From contig JACPTF010000010.1 of assembly GCA_016192915.1 (NCBI GenBank), positions 48,804 through 112,803 on the forward strand: a stretch of 64,000 nucleotides of DNA, in the 5' to 3' direction. This DNA comes from Candidatus Woesearchaeota archaeon. GTDB taxonomy: Archaea > Nanobdellota > Nanobdellia > Woesearchaeales > UBA10216. Made by a program: the position numbers and the translations under genes. Shown here piece by piece: positions 1-9,657 of the stretch (positions are counted from its first letter, which is position 1; every line of letters starts with the position of its first letter). Below the pieces are notes generated by a model. That model worked only from the letters and a program-made list of their open reading frames with translations. It had not been told where the DNA came from and did no database searches.

Positions 1-1131
1 ATCGATGGCAAAATCGCTTTCTCCAGCCTCACAAGCGGGAATGAGTTGAAGAAAAGGGTTGTTGACATACACTGGCACGTTGGAAGCACAGAAAAGGAAG
101 GCTATGACCATTTCCTAATAAAGGAAGTGATGGAGCAGAAGCACACAATAGCAGCAGCCATAAACCAGGACGATACGAAGATACTGGCGGTTGCCAATGA
201 CATCAAAAGCGCCTTTGGAACATTTTTCGTAGGCTGCGGCACGGCAGGGAAGACGTGCATGGTTGCCGAGTACCTTTTTTCCAAAATTGCCAGAAAGCAC
301 ATAAACTCGGTCGTTGCTTCAGAATTCTCCAATTACAAGCACTACCTCACCCCAAAAACTCTCATGATTGCCGTCTCCCAAAGCGGCGAGACAGCGGATG
401 TTCTTGAAGCAATTGACGTTGCTAAATCAAAGAGCGTAAGAGTCGTGTCCTTGCTCAATGTTTTTGGCTCAACCATGATGAGAGCCAGCGATGACTTTTT
501 CATGGTGAATGCCGGGGCAGAGAGGGCCGTTGTAAGCACGAAAGCAACAACAGCCCAGATTGCCGTCCTGACACTGCTTGCCTATGCAACGGCAGGAAAG
601 CTGCAGGAAGGAAAACTGCTGCTCATGAATGCTGCCAGCGCTGTTAATGACATGCTAAACCCAAGATATGAGGAGCACATCAGCAAGCTGGCGTTCCTGC
701 TGCTCAACAAAAAGGACATTTTCATCATAGGCAGGGGCATAAACTACCCGATAGCGCTTGAGGCTGCCATAAAGCTTCAGGAAACGTGCTACACCCACGC
801 GCAAGGGTTCGCAGCCGGTGAGCTGAAGCATGGGCCCCTTGCGCTTATAGATGAAGGCACGCCCTGCATTGCCATTGTGGCAAATGACGAGACAAAGCAG
901 GACATGATAAACAACGCAACAGAGGTAAAGGCCAGGGGCGGCTACATAATAGGAATAGCTCCGGAGAACAACGAGGTCTTTGACTACTGGCTTAAGGTTC
1001 CGGATGTTGGAGACGCAAGCCCTATTGTGAACATAATCCCTGTGCAGATTCTGGCTTACCACATAGCAGTCATGCGCGGCTACAATCCAGATTATCCAAG
1101 GAACCTTGCTAAATCTGTGACGGTTAAATGA
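1..1131 (+). CDS. glmS: Glucosamine-6-phosphate synthase (GlmS) with tandem SIS isomerase domains. It is 5'-partial: frame 1 is open from nt 1, so the glutaminase domain probably lies upstream of the window.
   Basis: SQSGETADV SIS motif, a second SIS domain, and the characteristic C-terminus LAKSVTVK. Open reading frame with no stop from position 1. Confidence 0.75.
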   Translation: MDGKIAFSSLTSGNELKKRVVDIHWHVGSTEKEGYDHFLIKEVMEQKHTIAAAINQDDTKILAVANDIKSAFGTFFVGCGTAGKTCMVAEYLFSKIARKHINSVVASEFSNYKHYLTPKTLMIAVSQSGETADVLEAIDVAKSKSVRVVSLLNVFGSTMMRASDDFFMVNAGAERAVVSTKATTAQIAVLTLLAYATAGKLQEGKLLLMNAASAVNDMLNPRYEEHISKLAFLLLNKKDIFIIGRGINYPIALEAAIKLQETCYTHAQGFAAGELKHGPLALIDEGTPCIAIVANDETKQDMINNATEVKARGGYIIGIAPENNEVFDYWLKVPDVGDASPIVNIIPVQILAYHIAVMRGYNPDYPRNLAKSVTVK

Positions 1132-1230
1132 TTAAGGAAGCAGAGATAGTGCCAAGCAAAAACAATAAAAACAGGACAAACAGGGCAAAATCGCAGCAGA
1201 GCAAGAAAGTAGTTATGGGAGATGAAAAAA

Positions 1231-1893
1231 ATGGAAATCTTCATTGATACGGCTAACATCGATGAGATAAAACAGGCAAACGACTGGGGAATCCTTGACG
1301 GAGTTACAACAAACCCGAGCCTTGTTGCCAAGGAGAAGGACAAGGGCAAGGACTTCAAGGCGATAGTGAAAGAGATATGCGAGATAGTTCACGGCGATGT
1401 GTCTGCCGAAGTAGTTGCGGTGAGATATGAGGATATACTTCATGAGGCAAGAATCCTTGCGGAGGTGCACAAGAACGTTGTTGTCAAGATACCGCTGCTG
1501 CCGGATGGGCTTAAGGCAGTGAAAACGCTGGCCAAAGAAGGCATAAGGGTGAATGTGACGCTGTGCTTTTCCGCAAACCAGGCCCTTTTGGCTGCAAAGG
1601 CCGGGGCGTACATAATAAGCCCGTTTGTTGGCAGGCTTGACGACATAGGCCAGAGCGGTGTTGAGCTGGTTGAGGAGATAAAGCAAATCTACGACAACTA
1701 CGAATTCAAGACAAAGATACTCTTCGCATCCGTCAGGTACCCAGACCATGTAAAGCAGGCAGCGCTGACTGGGGCTGACATCGCAACGTGCCCCTTCAAG
1801 GTCATCGAGCAGCTCTACAAGCACCCCCTCACCGATGCCGGCCTGAAGCAGTTCCTTGATGATTGGGCCAAGGTAGGGCAGCAGATAAAATGA
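1231..1893 (+). CDS. tal: Transaldolase / fructose-6-phosphate aldolase family (short Tal/FsaA type)
   Basis: [13 protein letters not shown]...GVTTNPSL...KIP is a typical short-transaldolase signature. Length is about 220 aa. Confidence 0.7.
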   Translation: MEIFIDTANIDEIKQANDWGILDGVTTNPSLVAKEKDKGKDFKAIVKEICEIVHGDVSAEVVAVRYEDILHEARILAEVHKNVVVKIPLLPDGLKAVKTLAKEGIRVNVTLCFSANQALLAAKAGAYIISPFVGRLDDIGQSGVELVEEIKQIYDNYEFKTKILFASVRYPDHVKQAALTGADIATCPFKVIEQLYKHPLTDAGLKQFLDDWAKVGQQIK

Positions 1894-1904
1894 GGGGAGG
1901 CAGC

Positions 1905-2696
1905 ATGGCGGATTTTCTTGCGGAAGCGCAAAAAGTGGCTGTTGCTGCCGCGAAAGAAGCCGGGAAAATAATTCTCAATTATTATGAAACCAACATAAAA
2001 GTCAGCACTAAACAAGGGAATCCGCGAAACCTTGTCACAGCCGCAGACAAAGAGGCAGATGCGCTTATAAGACGGATTATTCTTGAGACTTTCCCAGACC
2101 ATAGCATAGTGAGCGAGGAAAACGAGCCCAAAAGAGGAAATGAATTCTTCTGGTATGTTGACCCGCTTGACGGCACAACAAACTACACCAGGCACGTAAG
2201 CTACTTTTGCGTATCAATAGCCCTGGCAAAGGGAAAGGAACTGCTTGTTGGGGTGATTTACAATCCTGTCACGTCAGAGCTCTACACGGCAAAGGCTGGC
2301 GCAGGGGCTTTCCTGAACGGCAGAGTGCTGAAGGCGGGCAACGCCAGCGACCTTGCACAGTCCTTTGTTTGCATGGATTTCTCATACGACAATGCAGAGA
2401 GGCAGAGGGCAGCGGCTGTCCTTAAGAGCTTAGTCATGAGCGTTAAAAGCATCAGGGTTAAAGGCAGCGGCGCGTTGGCCACATGTGAGGTAGCATCAGG
2501 CAAAGCAGAGGGCTATGTGCGCATGGGCAGCACTCCGTGGGACTACGCAGCCGGGGCGCTCATAATCCGGGAAGCTGGCGGCACGGTAACCGACCTTGAT
2601 GGCAGAGAATGGGAGCCTAGGTCAAGAGGAGTGGTTGCAGCCAGCTCAGGAAAAATAGCTGAACAGCTGCTTGCAAAGGTGAAGGATGCCTTATGA
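1905..2696 (+). CDS. suhB: Inositol monophosphatase / fructose-1,6-bisphosphatase family (archaeal IMPase/FBPase)
   Basis: WYVDPLDGTTNY metal-binding motif. A strong GAGGGGAGG Shine-Dalgarno-like element lies 5 nt upstream of the ATG at 1905. The 5' end overlaps the tal stop. Confidence 0.7.
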   Translation: MADFLAEAQKVAVAAAKEAGKIILNYYETNIKVSTKQGNPRNLVTAADKEADALIRRIILETFPDHSIVSEENEPKRGNEFFWYVDPLDGTTNYTRHVSYFCVSIALAKGKELLVGVIYNPVTSELYTAKAGAGAFLNGRVLKAGNASDLAQSFVCMDFSYDNAERQRAAAVLKSLVMSVKSIRVKGSGALATCEVASGKAEGYVRMGSTPWDYAAGALIIREAGGTVTDLDGREWEPRSRGVVAASSGKIAEQLLAKVKDAL

Positions 2697-4033
2697 CGAC
2701 GCCAAAACTGTTCGGCACGGACGGCATAAGGGGAACGCCTGGGCAGGAACCGCTCACTCCTGGCAGCATCAGGAAAATAGCTGCCGGTTACGCGAATTTA
2801 ATCAAGAAGATTGCTCATGGAAAAAAGAACCCGTCTGTTGTCCTGGGAAAGGACACGAGAGCTTCATGCGCGATGATAGAGCAGGCGCTTGCCGCAGGGC
2901 TTACGGATGTTGGCGTGGATGTGGAGTTTCTTGGAGTGCTTCCGACAGCGGCCGTGGCTTACCTTACAAAGCACCTTAAGGCTGACGGTGGCATAATGAT
3001 TTCCGCAAGCCACAATCCTTCAGATGAAAATGGGATTAAGTTCTTCACACAAGCTGGAGAGAAGCTAAGCGAAAAGGAAGAGGAATTCGTTGAAAACAAT
3101 ATCGGAAAAAGGGCCGAGAGAAGCCGCAAAGGCACTGTGAAATCCTTTGCAAAGGCAGAGGCTGAGTACTTTGCGTTTTTGGTTGAATCAGCTGGAAGAC
3201 CCAAACTGGCCGGGCTTAATGTTGTTGTTGATGCGGCAAATGGCTCAGCATACAAGGTTGCCGGAGTATTTGCAAGCCTTGGCGCTGCTGCAACACTAAT
3301 CAACAACAAGCCTGACGGCAACAATATCAACGAGGACTGCGGCGCACTGCATCCGCAGCAGCTGCAAAGAGAAGCCGTATCAATGAAGGCGGCGTGTGGC
3401 ATAGCGTTTGACGGCGATGCTGATAGAGTTGTCATGGTTGATGAGAAGGGCAAGGTCGTTGATGGTGATGGGCTGATACTTGCCCTTGCAAAGGAAATGC
3501 TGCAGCAAGGGAAACTCAATAAGCAAACTGTTGTTGTTACAGAGTACACTAACACAGCCTTTGATGATGAGCTTGCGCTGGTTGGGGTTAAAACTGTCAG
3601 GGTGCAAAACGGAGACAAGTACGTCTATGCGGAAATGAGAAAGCACGGCTACAGTCTTGGCGGAGAGCAGTCCGGCCACATAATCATAGGAAACAACACC
3701 ACAGGGGATGGCATCCTTGCAGCCATTCACATACTCACACTGCTAAAGGAGTCTGGCCTGCCATTCTCCAAGCTAACCGAATTCACCAAAAAACCGCAAG
3801 CCTTAATAAACGTGGAAGTAAAGGAGAAGAAAGAGCTCAGCACGCTGCCGCTAACATCGGCTGCAATCGCCGCAGCAGAGAAGAGGCTGCAGCAGCTGAA
3901 AGGGCGCTCGCTCATAAGATACTCGGGAACCCAGAACGTGCTAAGGATAATGCTGGAATGCAACGACAGGGAAGAAATTAAAAAGCTTGCTGAAGAAATC
4001 ACAGCGGCAGCGAAAAAGGAAGTAGGAGTGTAA
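2693..4033 (+). CDS. glmM: Phosphoglucosamine mutase / phosphohexomutase
   Basis: Active-site motif SASHNPSDENGIKF. Four-domain phosphohexomutase length. ATGA start/stop overlap with the upstream gene. Confidence 0.8.
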   Translation: MTTPKLFGTDGIRGTPGQEPLTPGSIRKIAAGYANLIKKIAHGKKNPSVVLGKDTRASCAMIEQALAAGLTDVGVDVEFLGVLPTAAVAYLTKHLKADGGIMISASHNPSDENGIKFFTQAGEKLSEKEEEFVENNIGKRAERSRKGTVKSFAKAEAEYFAFLVESAGRPKLAGLNVVVDAANGSAYKVAGVFASLGAAATLINNKPDGNNINEDCGALHPQQLQREAVSMKAACGIAFDGDADRVVMVDEKGKVVDGDGLILALAKEMLQQGKLNKQTVVVTEYTNTAFDDELALVGVKTVRVQNGDKYVYAEMRKHGYSLGGEQSGHIIIGNNTTGDGILAAIHILTLLKESGLPFSKLTEFTKKPQALINVEVKEKKELSTLPLTSAAIAAAEKRLQQLKGRSLIRYSGTQNVLRIMLECNDREEIKKLAEEITAAAKKEVGV

Positions 4034-4039
4034 AAAGAA

Positions 4040-5254
4040 ATGAAAGCAGTAATCCTTGCAGCAGGGAAATCAACGCGGCTGCATCCATTGACTGTAAACA
4101 GGTCAAAGGTGATGCTGCCTGTTGCAAACGAAACTATATTAGAATATGACCTGCAGCAGCTGCAGCAGACGAGACTAATAGATGAAGTTGTCATTGTTGT
4201 CGGATTTGGCAGCGAGGAGATAATCGCACAATTTGGCAACAATTATGGCAGCGGCAAAAGTAAAATTAAACTTGCTTACGCCTTCCAGACAGAGCCGCTC
4301 GGAACAGGGCATGCACTTCTTCAAGCGGAGAAATTCCTCGCTGCAGAGAAGAAATTCCTCGTTATAATGGGAGATGACCTTTACGGTGGCAATGACATTA
4401 AAAAATGCTTAAGGCATGACAGCTGTGTCCTTGCAAAGAAAGTTGAGAATATAAGCAGTTTCGGCAAGGTGGTTGCTGAAAAAGGAATTCTAAAAAAGCT
4501 GGTTGAAAAGCCTGACGAGAAAGGCAGCGGCCTGGCAAATACGGGCTGTTACGTTTTGCCTAACCCAATATTTCAGCTGCTGCGAAAAATGAAGAAAAGC
4601 AGCCGCGGAGAGTTTGAAGTGGTTGATGCAATACGGCAGCTGCAAAACGTGCATGTTGAGGAAGCTGTATTCTGGCAGCCAATCACTTACCCTTGGAGCT
4701 TGCTTGATGCGAATGAGGCTTTACTGAAGCAAAGGGAGAAAGACAAGCCGCAGATAGAAGCGACAGCGAAGATAGAGAGATATGCAACTCTAAAAGGTTT
4801 CGTGGCTGTGGGGAAAAATACGCTCATAAGGAACGGCGCGTACATAGAAGGGCCTGTTGTGATAGGTGAGGATTGCAGGATAGGCCCGAACTGCTACATC
4901 CGCGCTTATACGTCAATTGGTAACGGCTGCAGGATTGGAAACGCTGTTGAAGTCAAGAATGCAATACTTATGGACAATGTTACAATTGGCCATCTCAGCT
5001 ACTGCGCTGATTCTGTTGTGGGCAAAAATGTAAACTTCGGCGCTGGAACAATAACTGCGAATCTTCGCCACGACAACGGCCCTGTGAAGTCAATGGCAAA
5101 AGGCGAGCTGATAAGCACGGAAAGAAGAAAGTTCGGCACCATAATAGGGGATAATGCAAAAACAGGCATCCACACCTCAATCTATCCCGGAAGAAAAATC
5201 TGGCCTGGAAAGGCGACGCTGCCAGGGGAGGCTGTCAGGACTGATGTCACATAG
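4040..5254 (+). CDS. glmU: Bifunctional sugar-1-phosphate nucleotidyltransferase / acetyltransferase (archaeal GlmU-like)
   Basis: N-terminal MKAVILAAGKSTRLHPLT nucleotidyltransferase G-loop. C-terminal left-handed beta-helix hexapeptide repeats (IGxxxxIGxxCxIG...). Confidence 0.75.
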   Translation: MKAVILAAGKSTRLHPLTVNRSKVMLPVANETILEYDLQQLQQTRLIDEVVIVVGFGSEEIIAQFGNNYGSGKSKIKLAYAFQTEPLGTGHALLQAEKFLAAEKKFLVIMGDDLYGGNDIKKCLRHDSCVLAKKVENISSFGKVVAEKGILKKLVEKPDEKGSGLANTGCYVLPNPIFQLLRKMKKSSRGEFEVVDAIRQLQNVHVEEAVFWQPITYPWSLLDANEALLKQREKDKPQIEATAKIERYATLKGFVAVGKNTLIRNGAYIEGPVVIGEDCRIGPNCYIRAYTSIGNGCRIGNAVEVKNAILMDNVTIGHLSYCADSVVGKNVNFGAGTITANLRHDNGPVKSMAKGELISTERRKFGTIIGDNAKTGIHTSIYPGRKIWPGKATLPGEAVRTDVT

Positions 5255-5585
5255 CATCAAAGCCCATTGACTTCAGAATCACCTTTATTTCATCAATAAT
5301 CTTCTGCTGGTCTTTCTTATCTGACATGCGCACAAACTTAACAAGCAGTGTAGCAAGCTCATCATCAGTGCCAAATTTCAAGATGTGCCCATCAGTAATG
5401 AAGTAAAACCGCCACTTCCCGTACTTAAGCTCTTTGATGACTATGCCTGCCACATGCCCCAGTGCTTTCCCCTTATGCGGCTCATGCTCCAATGACTTCA
5501 TCTGAAGAAATATCTTCTCAGATTCCGCTTTGAACCTCTTGAATACTTCCTCCTTTAACGAAGCAGTTATGACGACTTTTGCCAT
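5247..5585 (-). CDS. RelE/ParE-like type II toxin (putative)
   Basis: Small basic protein with GKWRFYFITDGHILKF, resembling the RelE core. Its start overlaps the upstream small gene. Confidence 0.5.
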   Translation of the reverse strand: MAKVVITASLKEEVFKRFKAESEKIFLQMKSLEHEPHKGKALGHVAGIVIKELKYGKWRFYFITDGHILKFGTDDELATLLVKFVRMSDKKDQQKIIDEIKVILKSMGFDAM

Positions 5586-5782
5586 TTTTTTCTCGCTTCC
5601 GCTATGGCTTCATCAATAGTAAGAGAATCTGACTTGTCGTAAAGGTACGTCATCAGTAAATTCCTGTGCGTCATTTCGTACATTCTTCTAATCACGTCTT
5701 CGTAGGAATCTCCGGCTCTCCCCAGATTCCTCAATTTCTCCCTCAAGTCAGATGATATGGATATTGTGGTTGCCATAGGCAT
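5567..5782 (-). CDS. Putative antitoxin (small DNA-binding protein; start trimmed to MPMATT)
   Basis: Lies upstream of and overlapping the RelE-like gene. Motif SYEDVIRRMYE recurs in the antitoxin at 49879..50106. Confidence 0.4.
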   Translation of the reverse strand: MPMATTISISSDLREKLRNLGRAGDSYEDVIRRMYEMTHRNLLMTYLYDKSDSLTIDEAIAEARKKWQKSS

Positions 5783-5879
5783 TATAGAAGTTATGGAGTT
5801 TATATATCTTTTGGTTTCCTGCCGTTGAAGAAACGAATGCAAGACGATTTATTAACCTTTTGTCCTGGTTTAAGCGGCG

Positions 5880-6209
5880 TTACGCCTTTATCCTTATGCT
5901 TATGCCTTCAGGCTCCAGTTGAAGCCTCAGCTTGTCGCCCTTGCCAATCCTGTAAATCTGCTCAGCAATCTTCGGTATCCTGAGTATCTTGCTCTCTCCC
6001 AGAACGCCTACTGTCGCAGTTATGCCTTTATTCTCAGCTTTCATCTTAAAATACTCAAGTATGGGATGTATTGCTCTTTCGTCGTAGATTATCTCCCCGC
6101 ACTTAGGGCATTTCCATCCAGCTATGCTAAAGCCGTGAAAATCATCCTTCACAGACTTCATCTCCCTCTTGCACTTCCAGCAAATCGTCTTCATTTTTAC
6201 TGCGCTCAC
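5880..6209 (-). CDS. Zinc-ribbon plus AbrB/SpoVT-like swapped-hairpin domain protein (antitoxin-like regulator)
   Basis: CWKC...CPKCG zinc ribbon followed by GESKILRIPKIAEQIYRIGKGDKLRLQLEP. Confidence 0.4.
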   Translation of the reverse strand: MSAVKMKTICWKCKREMKSVKDDFHGFSIAGWKCPKCGEIIYDERAIHPILEYFKMKAENKGITATVGVLGESKILRIPKIAEQIYRIGKGDKLRLQLEPEGISIRIKA

Positions 6210-6403
6210 CTTCGTTTGTAACTAAACTTCCCGAAATGTATTAATAACCAGTATTCGCCGCAGTCAGCCACTACAGCTTTATAAACGTCATTCCCTTTCG
6301 TTACGCATTTCTCAATGATTTCTTTTTTTCTTTTTGAGCTTGAGCAATCGTAACCGCATTCAAGTATCTCCAAAACATTCCATAGCCCTTTGTTGAGGTG
6401 CAC
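6206..6403 (-). CDS. Small hypothetical protein, possibly a partner of the downstream Zn-ribbon/AbrB gene
   Basis: ORF overlaps the downstream gene by 4 nt. Sits in an AT-rich region. No recognizable motif. Confidence 0.2.
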   Translation of the reverse strand: MHLNKGLWNVLEILECGYDCSSSKRKKEIIEKCVTKGNDVYKAVVADCGEYWLLIHFGKFSYKRR

Positions 6404-6639
6404 AAGCTCTTCTGAAGCTTCTTTGGTTGGCCTAATATCCTTATTTTAATTCTTTCGGTTTTTCTTGTCTTTTTTGTCCTCAACATATTTTGTTTGCAAT
6501 ATTCATATGTCTTTTTGCCCTTAAGCCGGAAAATTCACATCATAAACGATAAAACAACAGTAACAGCTGCAGATTTTTCAGAAATAACCGCTTTTGCCGG
6601 AAAGTTTTCAACAAATCTGAAGATTTATCTTCATATAAT

Positions 6640-7386
6640 TCATCTCCCTATCTTCCTCACAAACGTCAGGAACCCCGAATGCCCGATCTGCTGCGACAGG
6701 GGCCTTACCACGCGGTCGTTGAACTCCCACTCCCGCTCTATTATTTCTATCGTTTTGATTAGCAGCAAAGATTTATTCTTTGCAGCCGCTGATATAAAAT
6801 CGCTAACCTGCGGTGTTGTAGGGGAATAAGAAACGATAAAGCCGCCAACCTTTAGGGCCCTTGCAACTGGCTCAACAGCCTTCCATGGCTCAGGCAAATC
6901 AAGCGTAACCAAATCAACATTTTTCTCGTCAACGCCGTCGTAAATGCTCTTATTCTTTATGGTGACGTTCCTCATCCCCATTGCCGCGACGTTTTCGGCA
7001 GCAACCTTTGCAAAATCCTCGCGGATTTCGTATGTAACGACTTTCTTCGCTATGTTGCCAAGGAAGAGGGCAAGGGCGCCTGAGCCGGTTCCAGCATCAA
7101 CAACAACGCTGTCCTTTCCGACTCCGGTTTCAGCAACTATTGCTGCCACGTCCTTTCTGGGGATTATCTGGGGAGCTCTCTTTATCTTCCAGTAGCCGTC
7201 GATGAATGATGGAGGGAAAACGAAAAGCTCTTTGCCTGTGTTTGTTTTAAGCATATCACCAGGCTTTGCCTTGGCAAGCGCTTCCTTGCTGATAAAGCCG
7301 AACTGGGTGTGGAAATCATCCTTAATGTTACGGGCGTAAAATTTCTTGCCATCTTCTGCAACAAGTATTTTTTTTATCGGTTCCAT
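6640..7386 (-). CDS. trmI: tRNA (adenine57/58-N1)-methyltransferase TrmI
   Basis: SAM-binding VVDAGTGSGALALFL, plus TrmI/Gcd14-type N- and C-terminal regions. Start trimmed to MEPIKKILV. Confidence 0.75.
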   Translation of the reverse strand: MEPIKKILVAEDGKKFYARNIKDDFHTQFGFISKEALAKAKPGDMLKTNTGKELFVFPPSFIDGYWKIKRAPQIIPRKDVAAIVAETGVGKDSVVVDAGTGSGALALFLGNIAKKVVTYEIREDFAKVAAENVAAMGMRNVTIKNKSIYDGVDEKNVDLVTLDLPEPWKAVEPVARALKVGGFIVSYSPTTPQVSDFISAAAKNKSLLLIKTIEIIEREWEFNDRVVRPLSQQIGHSGFLTFVRKIGR

Positions 7387-7695
7387 AGCAATTTGGCAGC
7401 AGCAACGATATAAAAACCTTCGCATGACCTTTTTAGCAAAAAGGTCAATCAAAAACCGGCAAAAAGCAAAAATAAGAAAAAATAGAAAAGTCAGAAAGGA
7501 ACTTGATTACCACTCGTCATCCTCGCCGGATGCGTCGTCAAAATCGTCTTCATCCTCGTCTTTGTCACCGCCATCCAAGCCCTCATCAAAATCCTTCTCA
7601 GCACTCATCAAGCTAAACACGTGATACGCCATTATCTCACCTCTGAATCTGGCTGCTGGCAACTGCCTTCATATTTAAAGTTTGTGGTGACAAAT

Positions 7696-8547
7696 TCAGG
7701 CTTTCAGCCAGTCAATGCCCGCACTTTCAAGAATCTCAATGACCCTCTGCTTCTCAGGCCCCAGCCCCTTCCAGTCAAGCACAACCGATTTAGCTTCCGG
7801 AACACAAGCGTTCATTGCCTGCCGCAGCAACTCCTGAGTAAGATTTGCCAAATGGCTCTTGGGGCAGATGTGGCCCACAGCGTATTCTGAATCAAGCATG
7901 AGCTTCCTGAAGCCGCTCGCGTAGTGAATGCCGCCCAGCCCAACAACAGGAACGAAGTTGTTCTCCAGGGCAACATAGTCGCCCAGGCCGCCAATAAGAG
8001 AATCAGCAACCATAGCGGTCAGCCTTTCATCATTCCACTCCTTTTCCGTGCTGCCAACCTCGATGAACACAGCCGGCTTTTCAATGTAAGGGCCGTGGTG
8101 GGTCGCTTCCTGCACCACCTCACCATTGTAATTCCCGCTCTTTGCAACAGCAGCAAGGTTTTGCAGAAAAAGCTTAAGCAGCGGCGCTGGAGCTGGGCAT
8201 ATTGTGCCATCTTGGCCTCCGTAATCTGCCTTTCCCCAGTTACCGACAGAATGGGTTGTAAGCGAAGGAACCCCTGCCTTGCTGTAATGCCTTGTTGCGA
8301 AAACAAACAAGCCAGCAGGAATCCTTTTGTCAATGTTTTCACAATGGATTGAATCAGAGGCTGTAGTGAACAGCCTTGCCTCATAGTCTTCAACAGGCAG
8401 GCTGTAGACGGCAGAGCCCTCGAAGCTCTCGCCTTTAATTTCCCAAAAGCCGTAGTTCCTCAAAAGCTGCTGCTTTATCAACATGCCTGCAACGTCCTTG
8501 GAAGAAACAATGATTGCTATTTTCTTCAAATTGGCCGGGGTTTTCAT
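7696..8547 (-). CDS. dtdA: Archaeal-type D-aminoacyl-tRNA deacylase (DtdA)
   Basis: N-terminus MK..IAIIVSSKDVAG and overall length match the archaeal DTD family. Confidence 0.6.
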   Translation of the reverse strand: MKTPANLKKIAIIVSSKDVAGMLIKQQLLRNYGFWEIKGESFEGSAVYSLPVEDYEARLFTTASDSIHCENIDKRIPAGLFVFATRHYSKAGVPSLTTHSVGNWGKADYGGQDGTICPAPAPLLKLFLQNLAAVAKSGNYNGEVVQEATHHGPYIEKPAVFIEVGSTEKEWNDERLTAMVADSLIGGLGDYVALENNFVPVVGLGGIHYASGFRKLMLDSEYAVGHICPKSHLANLTQELLRQAMNACVPEAKSVVLDWKGLGPEKQRVIEILESAGIDWLKA

Positions 8548-8611
8548 CTTTGCATCCTTGGTTGAGGGATGGCTGCGGGTTTGTTAATAAATTTAGCTAA
8601 AAACAGCAGCT

Positions 8612-8665
8612 TTAGTATAGTATCTATAAGCGTAATGTTTATATATAAGTATACGAATTAGTATA
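8612..8665 (+). promoter_or_regulatory. AT-rich region with a TATA-like element (tttatatata) upstream of ORF 8702
   Basis: gtaatgtttatatataagtatacg lies about 50-80 nt upstream of the start codon. Confidence 0.3.
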
Positions 8666-8701
8666 CTTTCTTCAGGCAGCTTTCCGGCTGCTTAAAGAGG
8701 T

Positions 8702-9034
8702 ATGCAAATGTCAAAAAAGATTGGCGAAGTCATGGGCATGCTCAATTACGAAGAGCTGATTGACCTGCAGCGTGACCTGTTTGGGGGAGGTTCAGTCATA
8801 AAGCAGGTTGTTAACAATAAAATCAAGGAGATAAACGACTCTCAAACAAGGGTCTGCGCCACATGCGGCGGAACCGTTAACCTAAGCATTAATCCAGAAT
8901 ACACGCTCATATTCGGCCCTAAAGACCTGAAGAAAAGAGCGTCTTTTTGCGCAATCGACTGCCTGGAATACTTTTTCGTGCAGCTCAAGCAGATAAGCGA
9001 AAAACGGCTGCAGTCATCCAAACAAGAGCGGTAA
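8702..9034 (+). CDS. Hypothetical protein
   Basis: ORF with an upstream AT-rich promoter-like region and a CxxC..C pattern. No recognizable family. Confidence 0.35.
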   Translation: MQMSKKIGEVMGMLNYEELIDLQRDLFGGGSVIKQVVNNKIKEINDSQTRVCATCGGTVNLSINPEYTLIFGPKDLKKRASFCAIDCLEYFFVQLKQISEKRLQSSKQER

Positions 9035-9108
9035 ACTGCCGAGCTAATCCTGACCCATAAGCAGATACGATAAATAGATATTTAAAACACTGCCTCGTCC
9101 CGCAAGTC

Positions 9109-9657
9109 ATGGCAGAATACTCTTACGAGCTAAAGATACCATTGGCGAGGGTAGCAGTAGTAATAGGAACGCAGGGCAGGGTCAAAAAAGAAATAGAAGA
9201 GGCAACAGGCACAAATATACAGATTGACTCTGCTGAAGGGGATGTTTTCCTCACAGGAGATGATGCCCTGGGCCTTTACACGGCAAGAGAGGTCATAACG
9301 GCGATTGGCAGAGGCTTCAACCCTGAGCTTGCGAAGCTGCTGCTAAAGCAGGACTATGCTTCAGAGCAGATAGACATCGATGATTATGCAAAAACAAAGA
9401 AGCACGAGATAAGGGTAAGGGGCAGGGTAATCGGGGCCGAGGGCAAGGCACGGCAAGTGATAGAAGAGCTGACAGACTGCCACGTGTCCGTTTATGGCAA
9501 GACAATAACAATCATTGGGGAAGTCGGAAGCGTAACAATCTGCAGGGCAGCCATTGAAAAGCTGCTGAGCGGAAGCCAGCACTCATCAGTTTACCGCTGG
9601 CTGGAGAAGCAGAGAAAAGAGATGAAGAGGAAAAAAGCAATCGGAGGCTTTGAATAA
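9109..9657 (+). CDS. KH-domain RNA-binding protein (archaeal Dim2/Pno1-like)
   Basis: Two KH-like segments: VIGTQGRVKKEIE.. and VIGAEGKARQVIEEL. Confidence 0.65.
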   Translation: MAEYSYELKIPLARVAVVIGTQGRVKKEIEEATGTNIQIDSAEGDVFLTGDDALGLYTAREVITAIGRGFNPELAKLLLKQDYASEQIDIDDYAKTKKHEIRVRGRVIGAEGKARQVIEELTDCHVSVYGKTITIIGEVGSVTICRAAIEKLLSGSQHSSVYRWLEKQRKEMKRKKAIGGFE

